64,000 nucleotides of DNA, taken from the IMG/VR virus record IMGVR_UViG_3300042549_004104, positions 96,001-160,000 of that record. One strand, 5' to 3'. This document shows, one piece after another, positions 1 through 8,275 of this stretch (the first letter of the stretch is position 1; every line of letters starts with the position of its first letter). Below the pieces are notes generated by a model. That model did no database searches and was not told the DNA's origin. It saw only the letters and a program-made list of their open reading frames with translations. The position numbers and the translations under genes are program-made. This DNA is from a virus. Its lineage: Duplodnaviria; Heunggongvirae; Uroviricota; Caudoviricetes.

Positions 1-1219
1 TTCTTTTGTCAAATTCTTTTTGATCTGTATTCGTTAATGCAAGTGCGGCATTAACCATTTCAGCATTAAAACCCATTTGTTTAAGTTGTCCTTCTGATAA
101 TCTAAATGTAGTTGATAATGGCCCAAGACTAGCCATAGTATTTTTTGCAGTAGTAACAAGTCCTTCTTGAAAGAATGCCATTCCTTCTTTTTGAGCCCGC
201 ATTGCTAATTCATATTCTTTATTACCACGTTGGTAACTGGCTGCGCCTGCTTCAGTTGTGATACTACCAAAATTTACAATTCTATCTTTTAATCCTGCGG
301 CAGCTTCTGCTCCAAACGCTGCCTGATAAGCTACCATATATTGTTGAAGATTAGCTGCCTCATCTTTGTTCATTGTAGACAAATGTAGACTATATCGTGC
401 ATCTGCCATTTGTGCATCTCTGAGTTTTTGTTGCTCGTCACGAGTCATTCCAGTAAGTTCTTGTAACCCTCTCATCTCAACAAGATATTTTTGACTTTCT
501 TTTGTTAACTGTTCTGTTGTTTTTCCTTGAGCTTTACCCAATCTAGTTTGCATACTGATATAGTCTGCAACACCTTCACGTATAGTTTCGCTAGTATATC
601 CAATACGGGTAAGCGATAATTCTAGTTGATTACCTTCACCTACAAAATTACTAACAACATCTAATAAAGCATTTTTTCCAGATGTTACACTGCCGCCAAA
701 TTTTACTAAATCTTGTGAGATTGGTTTTAAAAAACTTGTTAATTTTTCATACTCAGAACTTATCAAACCAATACTACTTAAGTCAGCCTGTAAACCTTTT
801 ATACCATCTTGAGTTATACTACCTAATTCACTTAAATCACGGAAACCTTTTAATAAATTATCATTTTGTTTAAGCGCACTATCTACAAAATCCCCGAATA
901 CTTTTATTACTCCGCCTACTACAAATCCTAACTTACCAAAAGTTCCGGCAAAGTCACCTATAGCACCAGTGGCACTTGTAACTGAATCTCCAAATTTACC
1001 AAATCCATCGGTACCGCTGATAAGTGCTTTAGTAAAGTCTATACCACTTTTACCTAATTGCTCACCAAATTTCTTTAATCTATCTCCTGCTTCTTTGGCA
1101 GCTTTAGCTAATGCTAATTCTTCTTTTTGCGCTTCGGTTAGAGGTGCAACGGACGAGTTTATTAACTCAAAGAACTTGTTCATGTTCTCTATTTGTTCAG
1201 GGGTAAAAGAATCAGCCAT
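1..1219 (-). CDS. Tape-measure-like virion protein, N-terminal part (runs off window start)
   Basis: Not in the ORF track. ATG at 1219 opens a frame with no stop to the edge: MADSFTPEQIENMNKFFEL...GKFGDSVTSATGAIGDFAGTFGKLG...YLVEMRGLQELTGMTRDEQQK. Ala/Gly-rich and helical; divergent from the baseplate hub gene. Confidence 0.65.
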   Translation of the reverse strand, partial: MADSFTPEQIENMNKFFELINSSVAPLTEAQKEELALAKAAKEAGDRLKKFGEQLGKSGIDFTKALISGTDGFGKFGDSVTSATGAIGDFAGTFGKLGFVVGGVIKVFGDFVDSALKQNDNLLKGFRDLSELGSITQDGIKGLQADLSSIGLISSEYEKLTSFLKPISQDLVKFGGSVTSGKNALLDVVSNFVGEGNQLELSLTRIGYTSETIREGVADYISMQTRLGKAQGKTTEQLTKESQKYLVEMRGLQELTGMTRDEQQKLRDAQMADARYSLHLSTMNKDEAANLQQYMVAYQAAFGAEAAAGLKDRIVNFGSITTEAGAASYQRGNKEYELAMRAQKEGMAFFQEGLVTTAKNTMASLGPLSTTFRLSEGQLKQMGFNAEMVNAALALTNTDQKEFDKR

Positions 1220-1230
1220 AGTTTAGGGAA

Positions 1231-1254
1231 ATAAATAATTTACAATGTATTTAG
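1231..1254. promoter_or_regulatory. Pair of opposed late-promoter motifs
   Basis: ATAAATA on + at 1231-1237 and CTAAATA on - at 1254-1248, between divergent structural genes; resembles the T4 late TATAAATA motif. Confidence 0.6.
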
Positions 1255-1276
1255 TCATTCAATTTTAGGAGTTTTA

Positions 1277-2101
1277 ATGTCAACTAATCCACTACAACAA
1301 TATTTCCGTCGTCCAGCTTTATATCTTAAATTACCTAGTCAAGGGGAAGGTTATCCTGAAAATAGCATAGAATTCCCTGAAAACGGTGAGTTAGCTATAT
1401 TTCCAATGACTGCAATTGATGAGATTACCGCACGTACACCGGACGCATTATTTAACGGGGTAGCAGTAATAGAAATCATCAAAAGTTGTGTACCATCAAT
1501 AAAAGATCCATGGCAAATCTTACAAATTGATCTAGACCCTATTTTGTTAGCAATCAAAATGGCTACTAATGGATCTACTATGGAATTTGATACTGTATGT
1601 CCATCATGCGAAGAACCTAATAAGTACGATATTAATTTAACACAATTATTAAATGAATATAAACCAGGGGAGTATAATACCCCACTAAAACTAGACCAAC
1701 TTTCATTGAAATTTTGTCCATTAAATTATAAACAAATTAATGAAACCAGTGTCATCCAATTTGAAATTCAACGTGCTTTACGCATTATACAAGACATGCC
1801 GGACGGTGATGAGAGAAATGCTAAATCAACTGAAGTTTTAAGAAAAATGAACCAAGTTACAATGGATATCATTGTTGAAACAATAGAATATATTTCTTCA
1901 CCGAATGGTATAGTATTGGATAAGAATTTTATTAAAGAATTTTTAGAAAATGTTGATGTAAAAACATTTGAAAAGATTAAAGATATCTCATTAGAATTAA
2001 AGAAATCAACAGATACAAAACCATTAAAATTCAAATGCATCAATTGTAGCCATGAATACGAACAACCTTTCAATGTGAACGTATCCGATTTTTTCGGATG
2101 A
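1277..2101 (+). CDS. Baseplate hub subunit, T4 gp26-like
   Basis: NPLQQYFRRP...LPS.G, PMTAIDEI, LLAIKMAT and CPSC...CINC motifs; AGGAG RBS. Confidence 0.75.
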   Translation: MSTNPLQQYFRRPALYLKLPSQGEGYPENSIEFPENGELAIFPMTAIDEITARTPDALFNGVAVIEIIKSCVPSIKDPWQILQIDLDPILLAIKMATNGSTMEFDTVCPSCEEPNKYDINLTQLLNEYKPGEYNTPLKLDQLSLKFCPLNYKQINETSVIQFEIQRALRIIQDMPDGDERNAKSTEVLRKMNQVTMDIIVETIEYISSPNGIVLDKNFIKEFLENVDVKTFEKIKDISLELKKSTDTKPLKFKCINCSHEYEQPFNVNVSDFFG

Positions 2102-2325
2102 AACTTCTTATACTTAACTCCGAAGCAGTTAAGAAGTGGTTGGATAATTTAGAGGAGGAAGTAAAAGATATTAAAGCAGGATGTTTAAAAATGTCTTGGT
2201 TTATGAGGGGCGGAGTTAGTTATGTTGATATACTTAACATGAGTACCGATGAAAGAAAAACCATTAATAAAATTATTGAAGAAAATCTAGAAACTACAAA
2301 AACTAGTAGAATGCCATTCTTCTAA
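2098..2325 (+). CDS. Small baseplate hub assembly protein (gp51-like)
   Basis: ATGA-overlapped with the hub gene; WFMRGGVSY..ILNMS.DER pattern. Confidence 0.55.
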   Translation: MKLLILNSEAVKKWLDNLEEEVKDIKAGCLKMSWFMRGGVSYVDILNMSTDERKTINKIIEENLETTKTSRMPFF

Positions 2326-2379
2326 TCCGTTATTATTCATTTGCATACAATTAGGGTTATTACCTTATTTTCATTTAAT

Positions 2380-2422
2380 AGATGAACTTCGTTCATCTCA
2401 GAACTCGCTATTGCTCGTTCTG
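2380..2422 (-). other. Tandem hairpins with a GAA triloop and tandem GA mismatches
   Basis: Minus strand reads CAGAAC-GA-GC-AATA-GC-GA-GTTCTG directly followed by AGATGAAC-GAA-GTTCATCT. Confidence 0.6.
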
Positions 2423-2479
2423 GATTGTATTGTTTTTATTCTTATCTAGATTTTTAATTTTGTTTATTAAGGAATATAT

Positions 2480-2840
2480 TGCCGCTTAGAAGCCATGGTA
2501 GTGCAAATTTGCACTACCAATGGTTAAGGTCATTTGCCATGCCCGTCATCCTTAGCTATCTATTCCCCAGTTAATCACCGTTTTTATGATATTAACTGTC
2601 ACCGGTTGTCCTGTAAATTGTTATGGGACTGTAGTGAGACTATCAAGTTTATTTCAACTGACGCCTCGACAACGCATGTTACATACCCGCAAGATAGAAT
2701 TAGATATGTACTCATTGTAGGTTCCCTAGAAAGATTGCCTACTCGGTGTTCCTATGTTATTGCTAACATACATACTCCAGAATCTAACGGCACAGCACAA
2801 TCTGTACAATCTCAAGGAGGACTGACAACTCAGCCAACGA
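2480..2840 (-). ncRNA. Putative large structured non-coding RNA, family unknown
   Basis: GC-elevated intergenic tract with many helices on the minus strand, a GCAA tetraloop, a 13-bp long-range helix (2797-2785 with 2548-2535) and a terminal 24-bp palindrome (2496-2519). Ends are approximate. Confidence 0.6.
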
Positions 2841-2849
2841 ATTTTTATA

Positions 2850-3407
2850 TTATGTTGTTTCTAAAGTTATTATTTTTGGTTTTGACGTGGTGTCTGTTGA
2901 TAAACCTGAGTATAATTTTACTAAGTCTTTGTTTTGTTTGAAGAAGGTTTCGAACTCTGTTAGATACCAATCACCATACTTCTTACTTCCATAAAATATG
3001 TAATTATCCATAATCCATGTAAATTTAGGTTGTACAGCAACATAACGACCCTTACGATTAAACTTCATAAAAAGAATATTTAAATCATTTGAATCTTCTA
3101 CATCTAACAGTTGTCCAATCCACGAATCAAGTTGTTTGCATTCACCTGTAAGTATTAGGTGAAAAGGAAAGTCCGCATAGAACTTACACTCTGCATTCAT
3201 TTTGCTGAAACTCTGTCCCGGAACAATATCGCCCTTAAAAGAACGAATCTGTCCCTCATGTAAGAATTGAGTTCTGGCTTGATTCTTGCCACCCACATAT
3301 GCACCGGATCCAGGAGCACGAATGAAACTTTCACCGTACAATTCTGATAGAAATTTTGCAATTTCCCGTTCAAAACCTGAACCTTTATTCTTTTGTGGAC
3401 TTGACAT
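2850..3407 (-). CDS. Holliday junction resolvase-like PD-(D/E)xK nuclease
   Basis: KNKGSGFEREIA..L, R.PGSGA, GDI and ECK motifs typical of Hjc-like phage resolvases; adjacent to SbcCD. Confidence 0.75.
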   Translation of the reverse strand: MSSPQKNKGSGFEREIAKFLSELYGESFIRAPGSGAYVGGKNQARTQFLHEGQIRSFKGDIVPGQSFSKMNAECKFYADFPFHLILTGECKQLDSWIGQLLDVEDSNDLNILFMKFNRKGRYVAVQPKFTWIMDNYIFYGSKKYGDWYLTEFETFFKQNKDLVKLYSGLSTDTTSKPKIITLETT

Positions 3408-3412
3408 ACTGT

Positions 3413-3419
3413 TACTTAT
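3413..3419 (-). promoter_or_regulatory. Late-promoter variant ATAAGTA
   Basis: Minus strand GATAAGTA-ACAGT-ATG; no SD. Confidence 0.5.
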
Positions 3420-3439
3420 CTGTAATTTACCATTGTGAA

Positions 3440-5512
3440 TTATTCTATATCAACTGCTGTATTGTATGTAGTAAAACCATTTTCTTTTACCACTTTTAAT
3501 ACGCTAGGAACACGACCGGCTAATTCTTCTCTATGACTAACAAGCCAAATAGATTTCTGTCGCTTACGTGACATATCTTTAAGAATAGCAATAGCATTCT
3601 CAACACCCATTGTGTCTAATCCTGAATCAATTAATTCATCAATAAATAACGTATTAATAGGTGAATATAAGTTCTCCCATACATCACGGAAAGCAAAACT
3701 TAATCCAAGAATCAATCTATTACGTTCACCACGACTTAAATTGTCAAAGTCAAGTTCGCGGCCCAACTCTGTAATTTCAACTTCTAAATCATTTTTAAAA
3801 ATAACTTGATGAGGTAACCCAATCTTATCTAAGTAATGTGTCAATCTACCGTTCAAGTAACTTAAGTTCTGGTCAATAATCTTCTTACGAACAAAACTAT
3901 CTTTACTAGTCAAAATATCTAACAAGAACTTCTGATGTTCCATAGTCTTAGTTAGTTTGTTAATTGCTTCAAAGTCAATTGCTTGCAATGCGTTTGATTC
4001 CATTTCTGTCACTTGTTCTGCATACGGATCAGATTCAGCAGCCTTTGTTTCAATCTGTTGTAACAGCCCAGACACTTTACTACGATGTTCAATTGCTTGT
4101 GTTTCAGTGTCATAATGTGTAACTGGCATCGGACCTAATGTAACTACTGTTAACTCTTTGAGTTGTTCAGCATAGGGGTCAGACTCTTTTTCTTTTTCAA
4201 GTATCTTTGTACGAATGTTTTCTGCATCACTGCCATGACGAATTGCCTCAGCTTCTGTTTTGTAATGCGTTTTGGGCTTATCACCTAACTCAATAACTTT
4301 ATCAGTTTGTTCTTTTAATTGTCGTTCTAACATATTTGCATGAACTGTAGATTCAATTAATAATTGTTCTTTATCAGCCAACACAGTAGCATGTTGTTCA
4401 TCATGGAAATCTTGTCCACACGCATAACATGTATGATTTTGTAATGTAGCAACCTCTGTAGTCAGTTTAGTTATTAATTTTTTCTCTTTGTCTAAATCTT
4501 TTGTTAACCTAGTAATTTCTTTGTCTCGGTCAATAAGTTCTTTTGATTTTATATTATATTCGGCTAAAGCACGATGTGCTAAAATTTCTTGAACAATATC
4601 AATGTGGCTCAACTTAAGAACACTATCTTCTAAGTCATACAAATCTTTATCTTGTTTTTGTTTCCAAGCAGTTTGTCTAGCCGATAAAGCAGTGTATGTA
4701 TCTTGTTGTTTTTTCTTTTCGTTCCAAATAACTAATTCTTTGTGCGCTAGTAATTCTTTTCCAATGTCAATTTTTATAAGGTCTTCATATTGAGATGCTA
4801 GATAAGCCAAATCACTTTCATGTTTCTTTTGCCAAAGACCTTGTCTACGCTTAAAACTTTCAATTTGTTCTTTGACTCGTTTATTGGCTTCTTCAATGGC
4901 TTTGACTTTAAATTCTTCTGCTTGTATATCGTCTTTTGTATTTTTAAGTAGAGTTTTGATAACCTCTGCTTTTTCTGATAACAAAGTAATACCCAACAAC
5001 TGCTCAATAATTTCACGTTGTTCATTGTTCTTTAATGCTAAAAACGGTTCTGAATATGTATTCAATGCTACGATATGGCGGAACATGCTACTGGACATGC
5101 ACAATACTTTTTCAATTTGTGCTTGTGTTTCTTTGTTCTCACCCTGTGCATCATCTGTGCCTTTTTGTAAATCACTGTTTACATAAAATCTTAATAAGTT
5201 TGGCTTACGACCACGCTCAATCTTATAATCAATACCACCTACACTAAATTCAAGTGTAACTAACATGCCTTTGGCATTTGTACGATTAACTAAATTATCT
5301 TTTCTGATTGAGTTAATAGGTACACCAAATAATGCATAACTTAAGCCTTGAATAAGACTCGTTTTACCTGTACCATTACGAGCACCATCACCACCTAAGT
5401 CTAAGTTCTCACCCAGAATAAGTGTTAAGTCTTGTCGATTAAAGTCAACTGCTTGCGTTACTTGTCCGATACTCAAAAAATTACGTAGGGTAATATTCTT
5501 CAATAAAATCAT
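3440..5512 (-). CDS. sbcC: SbcC/Rad50-like recombination ATPase (T4 gp46-like)
   Basis: Walker A NGTGKTS, coiled coil with CYACG zinc hook, LSRGE signature, FIDE Walker B, VSH. Confidence 0.92.
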   Translation of the reverse strand: MILLKNITLRNFLSIGQVTQAVDFNRQDLTLILGENLDLGGDGARNGTGKTSLIQGLSYALFGVPINSIRKDNLVNRTNAKGMLVTLEFSVGGIDYKIERGRKPNLLRFYVNSDLQKGTDDAQGENKETQAQIEKVLCMSSSMFRHIVALNTYSEPFLALKNNEQREIIEQLLGITLLSEKAEVIKTLLKNTKDDIQAEEFKVKAIEEANKRVKEQIESFKRRQGLWQKKHESDLAYLASQYEDLIKIDIGKELLAHKELVIWNEKKKQQDTYTALSARQTAWKQKQDKDLYDLEDSVLKLSHIDIVQEILAHRALAEYNIKSKELIDRDKEITRLTKDLDKEKKLITKLTTEVATLQNHTCYACGQDFHDEQHATVLADKEQLLIESTVHANMLERQLKEQTDKVIELGDKPKTHYKTEAEAIRHGSDAENIRTKILEKEKESDPYAEQLKELTVVTLGPMPVTHYDTETQAIEHRSKVSGLLQQIETKAAESDPYAEQVTEMESNALQAIDFEAINKLTKTMEHQKFLLDILTSKDSFVRKKIIDQNLSYLNGRLTHYLDKIGLPHQVIFKNDLEVEITELGRELDFDNLSRGERNRLILGLSFAFRDVWENLYSPINTLFIDELIDSGLDTMGVENAIAILKDMSRKRQKSIWLVSHREELAGRVPSVLKVVKENGFTTYNTAVDIE

Positions 5513-6522
5513 AAGTTGTTGTAAATCTCTAGTAAAATCTTTTTGTCAAACGTATTTGACTCAATACTGTTAATTTGGTCAATGACGATTTGGTCAACAC
5601 TTTCAAACTTTAAGCCACCGTTAGCAGTTTGTTCTATTTGTTCAACCTTCATAGGTATCAATGCCATTTCACGTAGTTTATGTTCTGGAATAAGTGTTTC
5701 CCGAATAAAGTTTGCTTCTTCATAACTGATATCAATGTCAAGATGAACTCTAACATGACTGTCAGTTAATAGCAAGCCCTTAGGATTTTCTAATATGTCA
5801 CTGAGTTTGTAAACTCTGAATAATGGTTGATTTGGCCAACTATGGAATACAGGATCACTTCCCCATTCTAATATCATCATGCCTCTAGCATCATCACCTG
5901 CATCAGCATAGTTATGTGGGAAAGCATTACCGATATACCATATGTTTTTCTTTGCTTGTCGTTTATGAAAGTGACCGCTGAATGTCATTTCAAATCCATT
6001 AAAGTGGTCAGCACTAATCTCCCCGTGATCGGGCATCTCTACCATAGCATTCATAAAAAAGTTAGGTAATTCAAAATGTCCGAACATATACTTGCCCTTT
6101 AGTTTTTGAATCTTTTTATAATCATCTTGCACAAGCCATGGAGCAATAACTACATCGCCCTCATTGAACCAATCGTTAACAATTGTAATGTTAGGTAAAT
6201 GTTTAGCCCATTCAACACTGTGAATATCTCGTCTATCACGATAATATAAGTCGTGGTTACCGGGTATGAAAAATACCCGATCAAATGCGGCACTTAATTT
6301 CTCAAGTGCTTGTAATCCAAATTGTAATGTATGAATATTAATACTAGCGCGGTGATGATTATAATCACCTAAGAACAAACAAGTTTCACAACCCTCTTGT
6401 TTTGCTTTCTCAATAAACCAGTCTACGAAATTAATACAATCTTGGTTGTGTTGTAAACTGTTGCTCTTTAAACCAAAATGAATGTCTGTAAATACTGCGG
6501 CTTTTTTAAAAAGATTAATCAT
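5509..6522 (-). CDS. sbcD: SbcD/Mre11-like nuclease (T4 gp47-like)
   Basis: Metallophosphoesterase motifs DIHFG, LGD, GNHD, GHFH; overlaps the sbcC start. Confidence 0.92.
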   Translation of the reverse strand: MINLFKKAAVFTDIHFGLKSNSLQHNQDCINFVDWFIEKAKQEGCETCLFLGDYNHHRASINIHTLQFGLQALEKLSAAFDRVFFIPGNHDLYYRDRRDIHSVEWAKHLPNITIVNDWFNEGDVVIAPWLVQDDYKKIQKLKGKYMFGHFELPNFFMNAMVEMPDHGEISADHFNGFEMTFSGHFHKRQAKKNIWYIGNAFPHNYADAGDDARGMMILEWGSDPVFHSWPNQPLFRVYKLSDILENPKGLLLTDSHVRVHLDIDISYEEANFIRETLIPEHKLREMALIPMKVEQIEQTANGGLKFESVDQIVIDQINSIESNTFDKKILLEIYNNL

Positions 6523-6528
6523 CTATCA

Positions 6529-6557
6529 ATAATAACATTTATTGTTTGGTATTTCAA
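6529..6557 (-). promoter_or_regulatory. Sigma70-type promoter for sbcD, probably giving a leaderless mRNA
   Basis: TTGAAA-17 nt-TATTAT with extended TG, 6 nt before the ATG. Confidence 0.6.
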
Positions 6558-6561
6558 GTTA

Positions 6562-7194
6562 TTAGGTTGCCGTAGTAAGTTCAAATAACTTTTCTGCCAC
6601 ACCCTGAATTGTTTTTTGTCCCCAGTGATGTCCGTCGGGCGCCCTATCTGACATGTATGAAGCTCTATACCATTCAAAATCAGTTTTGCAAATATCACTG
6701 TTTTCTGGAAGATGTGACCATTCGTATAAAGGTATGTTATATAGTTTCCATAATAAACGATAACCTCTAACTAAATTTAAATTATGTTTTCTACTGTTGC
6801 CATCGGATATCCATTTTAAAAATTCTTCTTCTGACCATCCACCTTTGTGTGATGGAATGTCATTTGAGTAAAGTGTATATCGTTCTAAATTAGGATAAAC
6901 AATGAAAACTCCTTTAGGTTTTATATTCTGTTCTAATATATCAAGTGTGTTAATATATTGAATATCCATTCCCGCCCCAGGAACACCTAAATTTATTACT
7001 GGAGCATTTAATAATTCGGATAAGTAAAAGGATACAATTTTGTTGTTATCCATAGTACTTTCTCCGAATACTTGGCTACACCCTTGAATAATATAACTGT
7101 TAGCCCAATCAACTTGGTTAAACTCAACCGAACGATAACCCAATGAATTAACATCATATCCAGCAGTGTCTATTGAATATTTGATATCAATCAC
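6562..7194 (-). CDS. SGNH-hydrolase-like hypothetical protein
   Basis: GCSQVFG, NLGVPGAG and C-terminal DGHH motifs; GTG start. Confidence 0.55.
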   Translation of the reverse strand: MIDIKYSIDTAGYDVNSLGYRSVEFNQVDWANSYIIQGCSQVFGESTMDNNKIVSFYLSELLNAPVINLGVPGAGMDIQYINTLDILEQNIKPKGVFIVYPNLERYTLYSNDIPSHKGGWSEEEFLKWISDGNSRKHNLNLVRGYRLLWKLYNIPLYEWSHLPENSDICKTDFEWYRASYMSDRAPDGHHWGQKTIQGVAEKLFELTTAT

Positions 7195-7199
7195 TAAGT

Positions 7200-8096
7200 T
7201 TATTCCTCGTATACTGTTGAACTAGATCCTTGACGAGTCCAGCTAGGATTCAACCCATTAATTTCTAAAATGTCATCACGGATATTTTGATTTCGCTTTT
7301 CCGTGTTCAATACACGACAGAAACTATTTGTAATGGCTGCTGTGTAATAAGCAAATGGGTTTGCACTTTTGGCTTCATTGAATCTTAAACCAACATATGT
7401 GAGTTGAAGAATAGCTGAGTTACGCATTTCATCATTGTATGTGTAGCCACGCCAATTAAACTTCATAGCATACTTTTCACACATCATAATATACATACGT
7501 GCTAATTTATTTGTAATATTTCCATGATCTTTACTGAATTCACCATCTTGCAGTGTACCCTTCCAATGACTTTTGCCGATACAATTAAATGAATTATTGG
7601 TATCTAACTGAAAGTGTTGGAATGGTGGAAAATTAACTTTTACATGAACCATGTCATCAATTTCCTTTGCAGTAGTAGGATCTTCTAAGTCAGCAAAAAT
7701 TTCGTCTGAATCATCTTCAAACTCAAAAATATCTTTGGCTGTTTTCTTCTTGTCAACTTTTCTAGGTTGTTTGGGCGCAACTGGAATATGATCCCAAGTC
7801 ATTACACGAAACACCAAATCAATAATTGGAATACTTAATGGATCAACACTATTTTTATCTCCTGATTCTAAACTAAGTCTAGTAGCTCTTGTTTCACGTG
7901 CTTGTTGAATAATTTCAGGCTTTAATGCATATTCTAAACTCTTTTCTATTGACTCTTGGGGCATGTCAACGATGAAATCGTATCTATGATCCTCTGGATG
8001 TAAGAATGTACAAAATGCATTTTTGCTTGTGTGAATCTCTTTTAAAATATCTTTGTTGTTAAGATAATTTACTGGTTTTTTGACTGCTATACTCAT
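7200..8096 (-). CDS. Late-transcription sigma factor, T4 gp55-like
   Basis: NYLNNKDILKEI, NWRGYTYNDEM, FNEAKSANPFAYYT...NSF motifs; synteny with gp47/gp46. Confidence 0.85.
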   Translation of the reverse strand: MSIAVKKPVNYLNNKDILKEIHTSKNAFCTFLHPEDHRYDFIVDMPQESIEKSLEYALKPEIIQQARETRATRLSLESGDKNSVDPLSIPIIDLVFRVMTWDHIPVAPKQPRKVDKKKTAKDIFEFEDDSDEIFADLEDPTTAKEIDDMVHVKVNFPPFQHFQLDTNNSFNCIGKSHWKGTLQDGEFSKDHGNITNKLARMYIMMCEKYAMKFNWRGYTYNDEMRNSAILQLTYVGLRFNEAKSANPFAYYTAAITNSFCRVLNTEKRNQNIRDDILEINGLNPSWTRQGSSSTVYEE

Positions 8097-8121
8097 ATAT
8101 CTCCGTAGTTATGATGGGTCA

Positions 8122-8150
8122 ATTATAACACTTTAGTTGCAGAAATGCAA
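8122..8150 (-). promoter_or_regulatory. Sigma70-type promoter of the late sigma gene
   Basis: TTGCAT-17 nt-TATAAT with TG extension; GGAG RBS downstream. Confidence 0.7.
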
Positions 8151-8184
8151 CAAGTATTGGTAAAAATGGGGGTTTTTTTATGCG

Positions 8185-8191
8185 ATAAATA
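8185..8191 (+). promoter_or_regulatory. Late promoter of the baseplate operon
   Basis: ATAAATA. The same motif recurs at 15697, 16192, 35911, 36694, 39920 (GTAAATA), 44397, 49412, 50411, 52088, 52761, 52923, 53622, 55407, and on minus at 59099 and 60961. Confidence 0.65.
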
Positions 8192-8211
8192 TATTTAGTA
8201 TAGGAATAACC

Positions 8212-8274
8212 ATGGCAAATAACCAAACAGAAATCAGACAAAAATCTACACTAACAGAAGACTCGGGGATATAA
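8212..8274 (+). CDS. 20-aa upstream ORF (MANNQTEIRQKSTLTEDSGI)
   Basis: AGGA RBS; stop lies 1 nt before the next ATG. Confidence 0.35.
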   Translation: MANNQTEIRQKSTLTEDSGI

Positions 8275-8275
8275 C

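Noticed and set aside
682-1226. Plus-strand ORFs of 63 and 85 aa
   Set aside because: Antisense shadows of the long minus-strand tape-measure-like frame.
2480-2840. Group I/II intron, RNase P RNA or retron identity for the structured region
   Set aside because: No interrupted gene, no recognisable catalytic-core motifs, and no reverse transcriptase in the window.
2534-2941. 135-aa plus-strand ORF
   Set aside because: No RBS, atypical composition, overlaps the resolvase antisense; the region is better explained as structured RNA.
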